Shown here: piece after piece, positions 1 to 12,442 of the stretch
Numbering within the stretch: position 1 is the first letter of the stretch
Layout of the letters: every line of letters starts with the position of its first letter
Assembly: GCA_964016885.1 (NCBI GenBank)
Contig: OZ024749.1
Coordinates: 17,732,001-17,796,000, forward strand
Direction: 5' to 3'
Length of the DNA: 64,000 nucleotides
Source of the DNA: Eledone cirrhosa
Lineage: Eukaryota
Position numbers and translations under genes: made by a program
The notes under the pieces: model-generated
The model's database searches: none
What the model was told of the DNA's origin: nothing
The model's input: only the letters and a program-made list of their open reading frames with translations

Positions 1-582
1 TTTTATTTTTTTTATATATATATAACGGCGGCGACCACACATAATATTCCGTTACATATATATGTGTGTACGTGCGTACCTATGTTTGTTTTCTTTTCTC
101 TAGTCTTAATTGATTACTTTCTCTTCATTCTCATATATTGTTTCATTTTTATACATATATCGAGAATGACACTTCTTTTTACTATTACACTCCCTTCCCT
201 CTTTATCTTCCGCATATAAGTGACCGCGCGTGTGTGTGTGTTTATACGCGTGCTTTCTTACTCGTGTGTGTATTTAATACCGGTATCTGGATGCGTGTTA
301 ATTATATTATCATACAATTTCTTTTTCACCTCATATTATATACGTATTTGTGGTCACATATACACAAATATACTTGCCCTCATATATGTACTTATGCACA
401 CATTTTCACCATACACATGCATTTGTACATACACACATATGTACATTTGTGAGTGTATATACATACATATACACATACCCTAACTATATTTCCTTATTTT
501 TTTATATATCTCTTGTATTACTTTTATTTATATATTTTTTGCATTTCTTGAGGAGACTTTTCAAATATTTCACTATGTTTTA

Positions 583-660
583 AATTGCCTTGTCCGACGA
601 ACGAATGAGGACGTTTTTCGTATTCATCTTATTCGGGAAACCTCTGGTAATGAGGTAATT
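583..660 (+). ncRNA. Type I hammerhead ribozyme with variant core (CCGACGA), in a non-coding PLE-like 3' fragment (~25-760)
   Basis: Stem I aattgccttgt/atgaggtaatt (11 bp incl. G-U); core CCGACGA 594-600; stem II cgaatgagg/tcttattcg; GAAA 637-640; stem III acc-tct-ggt; predicted cleavage after GUA at 649. Confidence 0.7.
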
Positions 661-770
661 ATATTGTATTGTTTATTATACATTAAATTTTGCTCTGGTA
701 CTTAGAGCACTCTTCACTCCTATGACTTTTTCAATTTTCAACGGAAACTTCAATACTTATATATATATAT

Positions 771-3285
771 TAGGTATAGGATTATCCTAGATGCAGTAAT
801 GGTTAATTACTACACTGGATAGGGTTGACGTACGGTGAGAGGTTACTCAACGAGTTATGGAAGAATTGTTGAAGAAACTTAGTTCCTGATCCTTCTGTAT
901 TCCGGAGTGTAGATAAAGAATGAATAATAACAGGTAGACATCATAAAAAGGTAATTTATTCCGTGTGCTTACAAATGTTTCCATGGTGGTTGTACAGCCT
1001 AGTTATGCTATGTGCAAATTTATAACTATTTGCAAAACTCAATTATCAAATGCTGTGACCACTGTATCATCAGAGCAGAATGGTTAAAATGAACAATGTA
1101 AATACCCTTAAGTGAGGTTATTGGAGAAGATAGAGTAGAAAAGGAAGAGAGAAAAAAAGGGGAGAGGGAGAGAGAGAGAGAAAGATATGCAGGGGTTGGA
1201 GAAATAGGAAAGAGTGGTTTGTAGATATCTTAATCAAAATGTTATGGTAGGGGTTTTATTATACTGGTTACTCTTAAAGCAACCACCTTAAGCGATGCAT
1301 TGATAGTCAAGGTTGGAATTATTTATTGCCCCAGAGGGCTGGTTCATAGATGTGGAGAGGGAGGGAGGTAAGCCTAGGGCGAGAGAGAGAGAGAGTGAAA
1401 TGGATATAGAGAGATAGAGGGGACAGACGAAAGCTATGGGGTGGGTGAACTTTGGGTTTGTAGTAGTAATCTGCGAATTGCACTAAGTTACCATTTATAG
1501 TGATAAGTAGGGTATTGTCTTGTAGTGTGGGGGAAGAGAAGGTGGTTAGCTAGAAAGCAATGTTATAGTTACGGGTTCAAATGTTAAGTTATTTTATAGT
1601 GAGAGAATTTAGCTTTTAGTTTGTGGTTGCAGTATAATGATCGTTCGATTCTATCGTTAAGTAGTTTATTTTTGGATTTTAAGATGTAAAAGAGTTCAAG
1701 GTTACATAACCTGCAGTACTCCAATCCACTCCGATATGCACTTGCGCTGGAAAGTATATCCCATTTTAAGGTGAACTGTTGGTTGCGTTCATGGAGTTGC
1801 CAGGTCTTGTTGGCGAGCGTGGTCACAAAACGGTGATCAGGATGTTTAATTGAGAATCGATGACGGTACCAAAGAGATTTAAACGAGGTGGTGGTAGACC
1901 CGATGTAATACCATTTCTGGTCGTTCGATTCAACCGTGCATTGGTAAACAATGTTGGACTTTAGGCATTTATTCTTTAATGGACATCTTTCAGGTAGATG
2001 GCAGTTACAGTTTTTGTTGTGGGTAGCGGGTATACCATGGATAGGTTGTGATAGCAGTACAGGTGGGTTGTGTAATACCCGTCTCCCATTTAGTGGTTGG
2101 GAGGCAGATATTACGTTCTGCCCATCTGTTATCAAAATATTTTGTTTTGTAGTGCTGTTAAGTTAAGTTTTTTTATGTATGCTTCAAGGTTTGGTGCCGT
2201 GGAGTATGATAGTCTAATAGTTTTAGAGTTCAATTTTACTGTATTTATGGGAACTAGGGAAATGCTTGTTGATTAACTTAAAGAATGAAAGAGATAGTTT
2301 TGTACTAATCGAGGCATTAAAAATAGGATTATACCAGATATACTTTCTACAATGTGATTTATTTGGTGATGATTTTCTATTATTAGTATGTCTGGTGGTA
2401 CTGCGTGTGTGCGCTTGTATATTAGTCCCCCGGTTACGTATTCCTTGATTTTGTGTAGAGCTATGTGTGTTATGGAGATTCTTATCAATGTATTCTATTG
2501 TATCCCGGTGGTCGGCATTCCTTAATGCATTATTATAGTATTCAGCGTGTTCATTACAAATCTCAGAGTCAGACAATAGGCGAGAGATTCTAAGAGAAAT
2601 ACTATGGGGAACCGATTTGATCATGAAAAGTGGGTGGTTTGAGTTAAAATTGATATAAGTAAGGTTCTCATTTATCTTGTGGAAGGGTCGTATCAGTCCG
2701 GTATTTAAATTAAGAGTTACGTCTAGAAAATTTACTACTTTAAGATTGTATTTGTATGTTATTTTTAGACCCAGTTCACTAAAAGATTTTCTAATATTTT
2801 TCCGTAGCCTTTCAAGATTCTGGTTATTTAAGTTATTAACTAATAAGAGCCCGTCATCTCTGTATATTCCCCCCTGTAGATTACTAAATTTACTATGTAG
2901 TATGTGGGCTATGTAAATTCCCACAAGATCCGTGACCTCCGCTGAGTCGTTGGAACCCATGGTAATGTCGAAGTTTGTGGGTCTGTTCTTACATTCCCAG
3001 TAGCAGTTATCAAACTTGATAATAGTTTTTCTAGCCTCGAGAATAATATTAATTTCGTCCTCCGTTAAGTCGGAATTGACTTTAGCAAACGATAGGGTCT
3101 TACGTAAAGTGCCGGGTGAGATTGAAGAGTAGTATTCGTCTGTGTCAAATTGTATAAACTTAGATTTATTCTTGTTCTTAACGTTTTTAAACCAGCGAAT
3201 TGCTTCGCTAGTGTTGCCCCATAATTTAATTTCAATTTTCTTTTTCACTTGAGTTATTACTCTGTCAAGTATATGTTTGCTAATT
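771..3285 (-). mobile_element. Penelope-like element family D (tentatively Nematis-like), 5'-truncated and frameshifted
   Basis: ORF 2223-3299 has PLE RT motifs (FIQFDTDEYYSSI, MGSNDSAEVTDLVG, IYRDDGL, VNFLDVTLNL). ORF 1584-2135 has a C-terminal GIY-YIG (CNC..CPL..CL..NIVY..YYIGST..CRLCNLE). 3' region carries an HHR. Confidence 0.9.
961..1083 (-). ncRNA. Hammerhead ribozyme with extended stem II
   Basis: Minus strand: tgct-CTGATGA-tacagtggt...accaccatg-GAAA-cattt-GTA/agca; stem I tgct/agca, stem III aca/tgt. Confidence 0.75.
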
Positions 3286-3597
3286 TTTCTCACACACACA
3301 CACTTTCTCTTCCTCTCTCTCTAGAAAGCCAGTTCCTTTCTCAACCATGGAACCATGTATTACTTGATGTCCTGTTTAGGTGTCACAAACTGTCAGATTT
3401 TTCTGACCCTATACTTTCGCTCATCATCAAGGTAAAGTCTCCCTTTATTTATATCCCTGCTTTGTGTGGTTGGTGTTAGGAAGGGCATCCAGCTATAAAA
3501 TACCCAACAGTCCTCAGTGGAGCAAACACAATGGTGGCCAACTATGGCCAGACTTGATCCAGACTCTGCCTCCTTCACTGTGTTTATCACCAGAATT

Positions 3598-3931
3598 ATC
3601 ATCATCATCATTTTACGTCCACTTTTCTCTGCTTACAAGGGTGGGACGGGAATGATTCTGGCTTGATTTCTACAGCGGGATGCCCTTCCTAACACCAATC
3701 TCATTTACAGTGAGTGGTGGGTGCTTTATTGCCATGGTGCCTACACTACCACTTTACAGAGAAATGATAGGGACCCCAGTCCTATCATCTCATTTCTACA
3801 GCTGAGTAAACTGGAACAATGTGAAATAAAGTGTCTTGCTCAAGGAAACAACACATCACCCGGTGTGAGAATTGAACTCACAACCTTTCGATTGCAAGGC
3901 CAATGCTCTAACCACTAAGCCATGTGCCTCC
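3598..3931 (-). mobile_element. tRNA-derived SINE with CORE-like body and RTE-derived 3' tail
   Basis: Head ggaggcacatggcttagtggttagagc (A box) and gagttcaattc (B box); body ccttgagcaagacacttta; tail cccacccttgtaagcagagaaaagtggacgtaaaatga(tga)n matches the RTE ends near 12200-12252 and 28560-28613. Confidence 0.85.
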
Positions 3932-4363
3932 ATTATATATATATATATATTAAGCCATGTGACTCCATGTATATATATATATATATATCCACCCTCTATC
4001 CACACACTATCCTACACCCCACCCCACACACACCTCTTCCTGAACATGCAACCCCGTTCTTCCCCCAACTCTTACTTTCACATACACACACACACACGTA
4101 CACCTACACACACACACCACCTTCAGCCCTCCCCGCTCGGACACCCCGTCTCCCTCTCCCCACTCCACCGGCCACCACCCCTACAAGCCCCCACCCTTCC
4201 ACCACCTGTTTTACTCCATGTCTCCATGTGTATTTTTAATTTTATTTTGATCATGCCTTTATATTTAATTTCATTTGTACCGTTTCCTCACACCCCTTTT
4301 TTTCTATATGTCTCTCCACCACTCCCCTACACACCCTTGGAACTCTCTTCCCACACACTTTTC

Positions 4364-4395
4364 ACCTGAAGAAGGGCTTATGCCCGAAACGTCGT
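4364..4395 (+). ncRNA. Minimal hammerhead motif in a non-coding fragment (~3990-4485)
   Basis: CTGAAGA-agggc-ttat-gccc-GAAAC-GTC; palindromic ACGT stem III; stem I weak. Confidence 0.65.
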
Positions 4396-4481
4396 TCCCC
4401 ACCACCACCCCACTCTCAAGAGCGTGAAACTAATAAACCTTTGTTCGTACTGCCTCTCTGTTTTGTTCCCATTCAAATTTT

Positions 4482-4598
<117 letters not shown>

Positions 4599-4912
4599 GG
4601 AGGCACATGGCTTAGTGATTAGAGCATTGGCCTTGCAATCGAAAGGTTGTGAGTTCAATTCTCACACCGAGTGATGTGTTGTTTCCTTGAGCAAGACACT
4701 TTATTTCACATTGCTCCAGTTTACTCAGCTGTAGAAATGAGATGATAGGGACTGGGGTCCATATCATTCCACTGCAAAGTGGTCGTGGGGGTGCCATGGC
4801 AAAATAGCACCCAGCACTCACTGTAAATGAGGTTGTAGAAATCAAGCCAGAATCAGTTCCCGTCCCACCCTTGCAAGCAGGGACATAAAATGAAATGAAA
4901 TGATGATGACGA
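4599..4912 (+). mobile_element. Second copy of the tRNA/CORE-like/RTE-tail SINE
   Basis: Inverted near-copy of 3598-3931 with an internal deletion of the gtgttaggaagggcatcc motif. Confidence 0.85.
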
Positions 4913-4919
4913 TATAAAA

Positions 4920-5270
4920 AAAAGATGGTATGTTCACAGCCAATCTATGAAGAACCGTAGACTATAGAACTCAACAACGCTGGCCAATAAAATCTGGCAG
5001 CTTAAGGACACAAACCAGGAATATGGGATTAACTGGTCAAAATTTAATTACCGCCCACCTCCACATCTTGTGTATATAACATAGCCATTTGTTTCCCTAT
5101 ATATGCCTGTGTCTACCATTCCTTCATAATCCAGTTCCTAGATCATGATCACAACACATCATCCTGAAATACCACATCCACCAGATGCTGAAGAATGCAC
5201 ACGTCATGTTAAAAGCTGGTCAAATCCAATCAGATCAAGTCCTCATGAAGAGTCTGTTGCACAAGGTAAA
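4920..5270 (+). mobile_element. Decayed PLE fragment (GIY-YIG C-terminal part plus degenerate HHR at ~5188-5222)
   Basis: Translates RWYVHSQSMKNRRL*NSTTLANKIWQLKDTNQEYGINWS, similar to TTLANKTWQLHERNQQFTLKW in ORF 1584-2135; CTGAAGA...AAAA-gctggtc core remnant. Confidence 0.65.
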
Positions 5271-5271
5271 T

Positions 5272-5351
5272 AGTATGTGTGTGTATCTATATATACGTGT
5301 GTGTGTCTATATATGTGTGTGTGTATGTGTGTATATGTGTGTCTGTGTGTA

Positions 5352-5399
<48 letters not shown>

Positions 5400-5497
5400 A
5401 ATGTGTGTCTGTGTGTATATATGTGTGTGTCTGTGTGTATATATATGTGTGTGTGTCTATATATATATGTGTGTGTGTGTATATATGTATATATATA
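5272..5497. repeat. (TG)n/(TA)n compound microsatellite
   Basis: Directly visible. Confidence 0.95.
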
Positions 5498-5524
5498 GTT
5501 AGAGAGGTGTGTATAAAATAAATA

Positions 5525-5700
5525 ATTGTTTCTACTTTTGGCACAAGGCCAGCAATTATCCAGTGTATTACTGGTACTTTATTTTATCGACCCCGTAAGG
5601 ATGAAAGGCAAAGTTAACCTCGGCGGGATTTGAACTCAGAATGGAAAGAGATGTAACTCTTTGCGTCAAAGCATGGCGTCCAACCCGATACTGCCAGTAT
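5525..5700 (-). mobile_element. tRNA-derived SINE of a second family (Meta-SINE-like central domain, from recall)
   Basis: Minus: tggcagtatcgg (A box), gagttcaaatccc (B box), then gccgaggttaactttgcctttcatccttacggggtcgataaaataaagtaccag. Confidence 0.7.
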
Positions 5701-5908
5701 ATAATAAATAATGTATATAATCTACGCCTAATCGTGATTAAAACTTCTACTTTGCAGCTTACAACTGTAGCTGGCAGCTGTGATGTTGACAAGAATGTAG
5801 TACTCAATATAGGGTGCATGATAGAGAGTAGCATTGAGGAAGGGGAAAATACATAATGAAATACACACAAATATATATATAGTATATATACATACATATT
5901 ATATATAT

Positions 5909-5989
<81 letters not shown>

Positions 5990-6059
5990 CGGAACAAGTA
6001 AACATTAAACAATCTTTTAAATAAATTAAAATATGATTTAAATATTTACCTCTTCTAGT

Positions 6060-6139
6060 GCCATGACCGACGGTTTCGCTTATCAAAAGATTGGAAATTC
6101 AGAGAATTTCCAATGGAAAGATATAGCTCTTCAGATAGC
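6060..6139 (-). ncRNA. Type I hammerhead ribozyme with canonical core, in a non-coding PLE-like 3' fragment (~5987-6390)
   Basis: Minus: gctat-CTGAAGA-gctatatc..ttggaaattc/gaatttccaa..gataagc-GAAA-ccgtcg-GTC/atggc; all three stems form. Confidence 0.85.
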
Positions 6140-6404
6140 TTTTCCAAATCTACTAGACATAAGTCCGCATAGATGTAGATATATCACCCTCTGCCCCGTG
6201 AATGAATCAAGCCGTTAAAATGGCCCACAGACTTATTGGACCGTTAGAAAAAGCGGGAATTATAGACTCGCTGATATTTCATGATACAGCATTTTTTCTC
6301 TACATTAAGGAGAATACAAATAAATGATATAGATATCTCAGTAGGTACTAGGTACCCATGGAAATATATATGGTGTCTATAATAGTGGTATATATATATA
6401 GAGA

Positions 6405-7246
6405 GAGGGTACGGACGATATTTGTTCGCAAGATTACTGTCTAGGAAAAAATAACGCAGTAGTTTTATTTTTTAAGATATATTTATCAAACTTGGGTCAG
6501 ATTGTCTTCATGACATGTTCTTTCGATCTCACTCGATAAACCCGCCAGACGGCCTTGGAACAAGCTACAGGTCTTTGTCACTCTCCCCCGACTTAGTCCT
6601 CTAAAGGTACTTGTGATCCTGGCCTTCAGATCGTCTTTCGTATTGCAGCTAGATCTGTTGGTGTCTCCACAAAGAAGTCGAGTTTGCAGTCAGGCGAGCT
6701 GGGAGGCCAGATGTCAGGTGAAGTGTGGTCGACAAAGTTCTCTGACAGCCAGGTTTGGGTCTTTCGGCTGGTATGGCAGTGTGCTGAGTCTTGCTGCCAC
6801 ACATACGGCCTACCTGCAGCTACCTGGTCGATCCAGGGCTTTACTACCTCGCTCAGAACGCGGATGTAGCCATCGGTGTTCAGCTTGAGGCCCTCAGGGA
6901 AGAAGTGAGGTGGCATCACATCACCTTGACTGCTGACGACACCTAAGACCAATGTTGTCGCTGGAAACTTTGTCTGCATGACACGGGGCACATCTTTGGA
7001 TCAGACAGCGAGCCACCTGTTTTTCTGGGAGTTGATCTTCTGGTCCTTATTTGTCCTCCCGGCGCAGATTCCAAGAAGAACTCTGTGTCTCTTCCACAAA
7101 TTTGGAGGTTCAAAGTTATTGATAATCAGTTATTCTGAAAATAAATAATTGAAATAAAGTCGTTTTTCTGAAGTGACAACGGAAGTAAAAAAAGTTTGCA
7201 TAAAATTAGTAGTTGAAAATTGCGAACAAATATCGTCCACACCCTG
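6405..7246 (-). mobile_element. Tc1/mariner DD37D (maT-type) transposon, internally deleted
   Basis: TIRs ~27 bp (gagggtacggacgatatttgttcgcaa 6405-6431; ttgcgaacaaatatcgtccacaccctg 7220-7246, followed by TA). ORF 6626-6991 has WQQDSAHCH...WPPSSPDCKLD, D-to-D spacing 36 here, consistent with DD37D minus one codon. Confidence 0.85.
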
Positions 7247-7336
7247 TATAGAAAAGGTAAACAGAAATAACAACACAATTGGTACAGAATATGGAAGGGA
7301 TATATTAGGTTAACGATTGATAGAGCAGGAAGAGGG

Positions 7337-7372
7337 TCTTAATGTTTCGAACGCTAGTCCTTCATCAGAAGA
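7337..7372 (-). ncRNA. Minimal hammerhead motif
   Basis: Minus: tctt-CTGATGA-aggac-tagc-gttc-GAAAC-att/aaga; stem III looks CpG-decayed from ACGT. Confidence 0.65.
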
Positions 7373-7493
7373 AAGAATGAGAAATAAAATAGATTAAGGG
7401 GACGGGCGGGGTTGAATTGGAAAAAATGTCTTTAGATAAAAATAATACGTCCATTCATGTTGACATCTCTTGCAAAACAATATATATATATAT

Positions 7494-7720
7494 CAATGAT
7501 ATTAATCAATGGAAACTATATTTATAAAACCATATTTATTCTATTATACATATGTCAAGGGTACAAAAACTTTGGTACGCTCTCATCAGATGAAATACAA
7601 AGTTTGTTTTATAAATAGTGACATACCCAGGAATGATACCTTAACGGTTCAAGTTTCTCCTGGATAGTGAAAGGAAAGAGAAAAGGGAAGAAAGGAAAAA
7701 ACAAATATTTTAAATTATTT
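7494..7720 (-). mobile_element. Diverged PLE 3' arm related to family C, with degenerate HHR (GACA instead of GAAA, ~7545-7595)
   Basis: gatattaatcaatggaaactatatttataaaaccatatttatt matches 28792-28835 and 57829-57872; CTGATGA on minus at 7583-7589. Confidence 0.7.
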
Positions 7721-7727
7721 TGATGAA

Positions 7728-8328
<601 letters not shown>

Positions 8329-8937
8329 TCAGTGATATGGCTTCTCTCCTGTATGTATACGTTTGTAGCCAGTTGAGATACTACTTACAGAGAATGATTT
8401 ACCACAGATATCACAGTGACATAGCTTGTCTCCTGTATGGGTACATTTGTGTCTAGTTAAGGTACGACTGTCAGAGACTAATTTACCACAGATATCACTG
8501 TGATATGGCTTGTCTCCTGTATGTATACGTTTGTGGCTAGTTAAGATACTACTTACAGAGAATGATTTACCACAGATATTACAGTGATATGGCTTGTCAC
8601 CTGTATGTATACGTTTATGTCTAGTTAAGTAACTACTTACAGAGAATGATTTACCACAGATATCACAGTGGAATGGCTTGTCTCCTGTATGAGTACGTTT
8701 GTGTCTAGTTAATGTGGTACTATCAGAGAATGATTTACCACAGATATCACAGTGATATGGCTTGTCTCCTGTATGTATTCGTGTGTGATTAATTAAGCTA
8801 CTACCCCGAGAGAAATATTTACCACAGATATCACAGTGATATGGTTTCTCTTCTCTAACCTTTGTCATCTCATCAGGAATACTAAACACTTTAGATTGTG
8901 TTTTACATTTAATCTTCTCATCCAATTTATTTTCCAT
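8329..8937 (-). CDS. C2H2 zinc-finger array protein (4 intact plus 2 degenerate fingers), truncated by a frameshift
   Basis: ATG at 8937 (MENKLDEK); repeats of [27 protein letters not shown]; a 2-bp loss near 8330 creates the stop. Confidence 0.85.
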   Translation of the reverse strand: MENKLDEKIKCKTQSKVFSIPDEMTKVREEKPYHCDICGKYFSRGSSLINHTRIHTGDKPYHCDICGKSFSDSTTLTRHKRTHTGDKPFHCDICGKSFSVSSYLTRHKRIHTGDKPYHCNICGKSFSVSSILTSHKRIHTGDKPYHSDICGKLVSDSRTLTRHKCTHTGDKLCHCDICGKSFSVSSISTGYKRIHTGEKPYH

Positions 8938-9283
8938 GTTTTTTCTTAACAGAATATACAAATGTTTTTCTTGTAATATTTTTTATATTATATTCCTAAA
9001 AAAATATTTCTTCTACTATATTTCCCTCAACTGTGATTTCAGTTAATATCTGAAGATAATACAAACTTATGTTTCACCCAAGTTCAGTTAAAATACAAAA
9101 TAATCTCACATGAAGAAAATAAACTCAGTACTGAGGAAATATTTCACAGTAATTGAACTATAGATTTATATAAACAGTGTTATATAAGTACTGTTTAAAA
9201 TGTTTTAGTCTTAAAATTAGGATAAATATAGGTGATGTATCCAAGATGGAAAATAATAATTTATCCCAATGTCATCTGATATT

Positions 9284-9300
9284 CTGAAATAAGAAAGAAA
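9284..9300 (-). promoter_or_regulatory. Candidate 3' splice acceptor for the zinc-finger coding exon
   Basis: Minus: tttctttcttatttcag/aat, about 350 bp upstream of the ATG. Confidence 0.4.
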
Positions 9301-9686
9301 CAGTATGAGATAATACAGAATACTTTAGAAGCAGAGATAGATTTAACAGTGGAAATTTTATATTTCTATATTGGTAAACTGTAGATATCAACTTTCCTGT
9401 CCAGAGTAATTCTCTCCAATGTAAGCAGTGGTATTCCAGCATGCTCTATAAATTATATGCTTCTATCTCTAGAGAGGTCTGCTCTATGGCAGTTTAGCAA
9501 AAAATTCATTCTGATAGGACTTTCTAAAATAGCTATCATCTCCTCTCCTGGTGACATGTCAACACCGGTTTAACATATATATATATAAATATATATACAC
9601 ACACACATATATACATATACACATATACATATATATATAAATATATATATATATTCATATATATATGTGTATATATATATATATAT

Positions 9687-12252
9687 ATGCAACTTTTACA
9701 AACAACTGCAATGACAGAGGACGGAGACATCATTATGCTAGCTGGGGACTTCTATGGTCATGTTGGACAGCTCCAGGATGGTTACACTGGGGTACATAGT
9801 GGGCACGGTTACGGCTCAAGATATGAAGAAGGAGTGAGACTTTTGAATTTTGTGATGCAAGTACACTGACTATTTGCAACACTAACTTCCAGACACCCCT
9901 GCCAACCACCTAATAACCTACAAATCTGGCGAGCACATAAGCCAGATTGACTTCTTACTAGTTAGGCAGCGGGACAGGCAGATGGTGTCAAATACCAAGG
10001 CATATCCTGGGAAAGAAGTACCCCACAGCATAGGTTAGTCGTTAGTGATATCTCAGTAAGCAAGAGATGGAATGAGACATACAGGAAGGTGTGTAAAAGA
10101 AAAGTCTGGAAGCTAAAAGACCTTTCACTAAAATAAAAATTTAGGAAAGCCCTTCAAGATGTATGACGAAAAAGAAGATGATTTAGAGACGTAAGACATA
10201 GATAATAACTGGAATTTCTTACGTCACAACTTACTGCAGGCTACTGATGAAACTTGTGGCTAAGAGAGAAGCTAGACGTCAAGTGTACCTAGCACGCAGG
10301 GAGGCTGAGAGTAGGGGGTTTGCCAATGTTCTGCGACAGGAAGATCAAAAGCGTGCGATGTTCCACATTGCAAGGCAGTGTGTCAATGAAAATCAGGATG
10401 TTGTTGGAGATAAATGTGTCCGGAATGATGCCGGTGTATTTAGTGTCACGAATGATCAGAAAAAGGAGGCCCGGAAATGTCATTTTGAGAGACTGATGAA
10501 TGTGGAGAACGAATGGGAGAGAGAGAAATTACCCTCAGTAGATCCGATAGAGGGACCATCTATTGAGATTGACGAATATAGGGTCCAAGAGGCGATTAAG
10601 GAAATGAAAAATGGTAAGGCTGCTGGACCGTCGGGGATAGTTGCTGAGATGCTGAAGGCCTCAGGGGACGTTTCCGCTAAACTAGTTGCATGCATCATCA
10701 ATCAGGCTATATATGGTCATACCCAAATATTGATGCAGCAGTATTCACATAAATTGCTAGAAAGGTAAAGGGAATGCTCTGGAAAGGAGCAATTATAGGG
10801 GTATAAAACTGATGGATCAGGTTATGAAAGTGGTAGAAAGAATATTAGAACAACTAATTAGAGATAGGGTCAAACTAGATGAGATGCAGTTTGGTTTTAT
10901 GCCTGGGAAAAGTACAACAGATGCCCTCTTCTTGGTGAGACAATTACAAGAGAGGTTCTTAGAGAAGAATAAACGACTATACCTAGCCTTTGTTGACCTA
11001 GAGAAGGCCTTTGATAGGGTACCCCGATCTGTCATCTGGTGGTCCCTAAGGAAACTAGGTGTTGAGGAATGGCTTGTGAGGACAGTGCAAACTTTGTACA
11101 GAGGTGCTGTCAATAAAGTGAGGGTAGGAATGGAGTTTAGTGAGGAATTTCAGATGCAAGTAGGAGTACATCAAGGTTCAGTCCTCAGTCCGCTCTTGTT
11201 CATTATATTCCTCTAAGCCATAGGAGTTTAAGACTGGCTGTCCATGGGAACTTCTCTATGCTGACGATCTGGTTCTTATAGCAGAATCAGTAGAGGAGCT
11301 AGAGAATAAATCCTGGCTATGGAAACAGCAGTTTGAAGCAAGAGGACTGAGAGTGAACCTAGCTAAGACAAAAGTGTTGATGAGTAGAAAAGAGGACAAA
11401 ACTCTGATTCTGTCAGGGAAATGGCCATGTTCGATATGTAGAAAAGGAACTGGCATAAATTCTATAAAATGCACACAATGCAGATCGTAGGTACACAAAA
11501 GATGTAGTGGGATAGCAGACAAACTAACAGGTAGGGAAAACTATGTATGCAGTAGATGTACAGGGAAATTTGACAGTAGTAATCACAGTGATAGACACAT
11601 TTTTCAAATGCAGATGGGTGCTATAGAAGTAGTGAATAGCTTCCGGTACCTAGGAGATCAGATTAGCATGGAAAGGAGGGGGGTTGTTCCAAGGCCATAG
11701 TATCTAGAATAAGGACGGGTTGGAAGAAGTTTAGCTGCTTCCTTTGCTGTCGAAGAAGGGTTTCTCCCTGCGTACGAAAGGCCGGTTGTATGATGCCTGT
11801 GTGAAGAGCACGATGCTTCATGGTAGTGAGACATGGGCAGCAACTGCAGAGGATATGCGATGGCTGGAGAATAATGAGGCAAGCATGCTCTGTTGGATGT
11901 GCAATGTCAACGTGTGTGAACGACCCAGCATGGATGTGTTGAGAGAGAAACTGTGTCTGAGAGGGATAGAATGTAGTGTGCAAGAGAGGAGACTGAGGTG
12001 GTATGGACATGTGATGCGCATGGAGGATGACCGATGGGTGAAGAAGTGCCAGGAAATGCCAGTTGAAGGAAGACATGGTAGAGGAAGACCACGAAAAACA
12101 TGGGCGGAGTTGGTGAGAACAGAACTGAGATCGCTGAAGCTCACGGTGGAGATGACGAAGGACCATGACAAGTGGAGAGATGCTGTGCTGAATAGGACCC
12201 ATCCCACCCTTGCAAGCAGGGAAAAGTGGACGTAAAATGATGATGATGATGA
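9687..12252 (+). mobile_element. RTE-clade LINE family A, copy 1 (5'-truncated, many stops)
   Basis: APE fragment (MLAGDFYGHVG), RT (QFGFMPGKST, FVDLEKAFDRVP, HQGSVLSPLLF, YADD), [18 protein letters not shown], (ATG)n tail. Confidence 0.95.
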
Positions 12253-12442
12253 TATAAATACATATATATATATACATATATATACATACACATATATATA
12301 TACATACACATACATATATATATATATACATACACATACATATATATATATACATACATATATACATACATATATACATACATATATATATATATACATA
12401 TATATATATTATTATATATATACATACATATATATATATTAT

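Noticed and set aside
4599-4670. tRNA gene (also 3860-3931)
   Set aside because: Has A and B boxes but no convincing acceptor stem, and continues into a SINE body and LINE tail.
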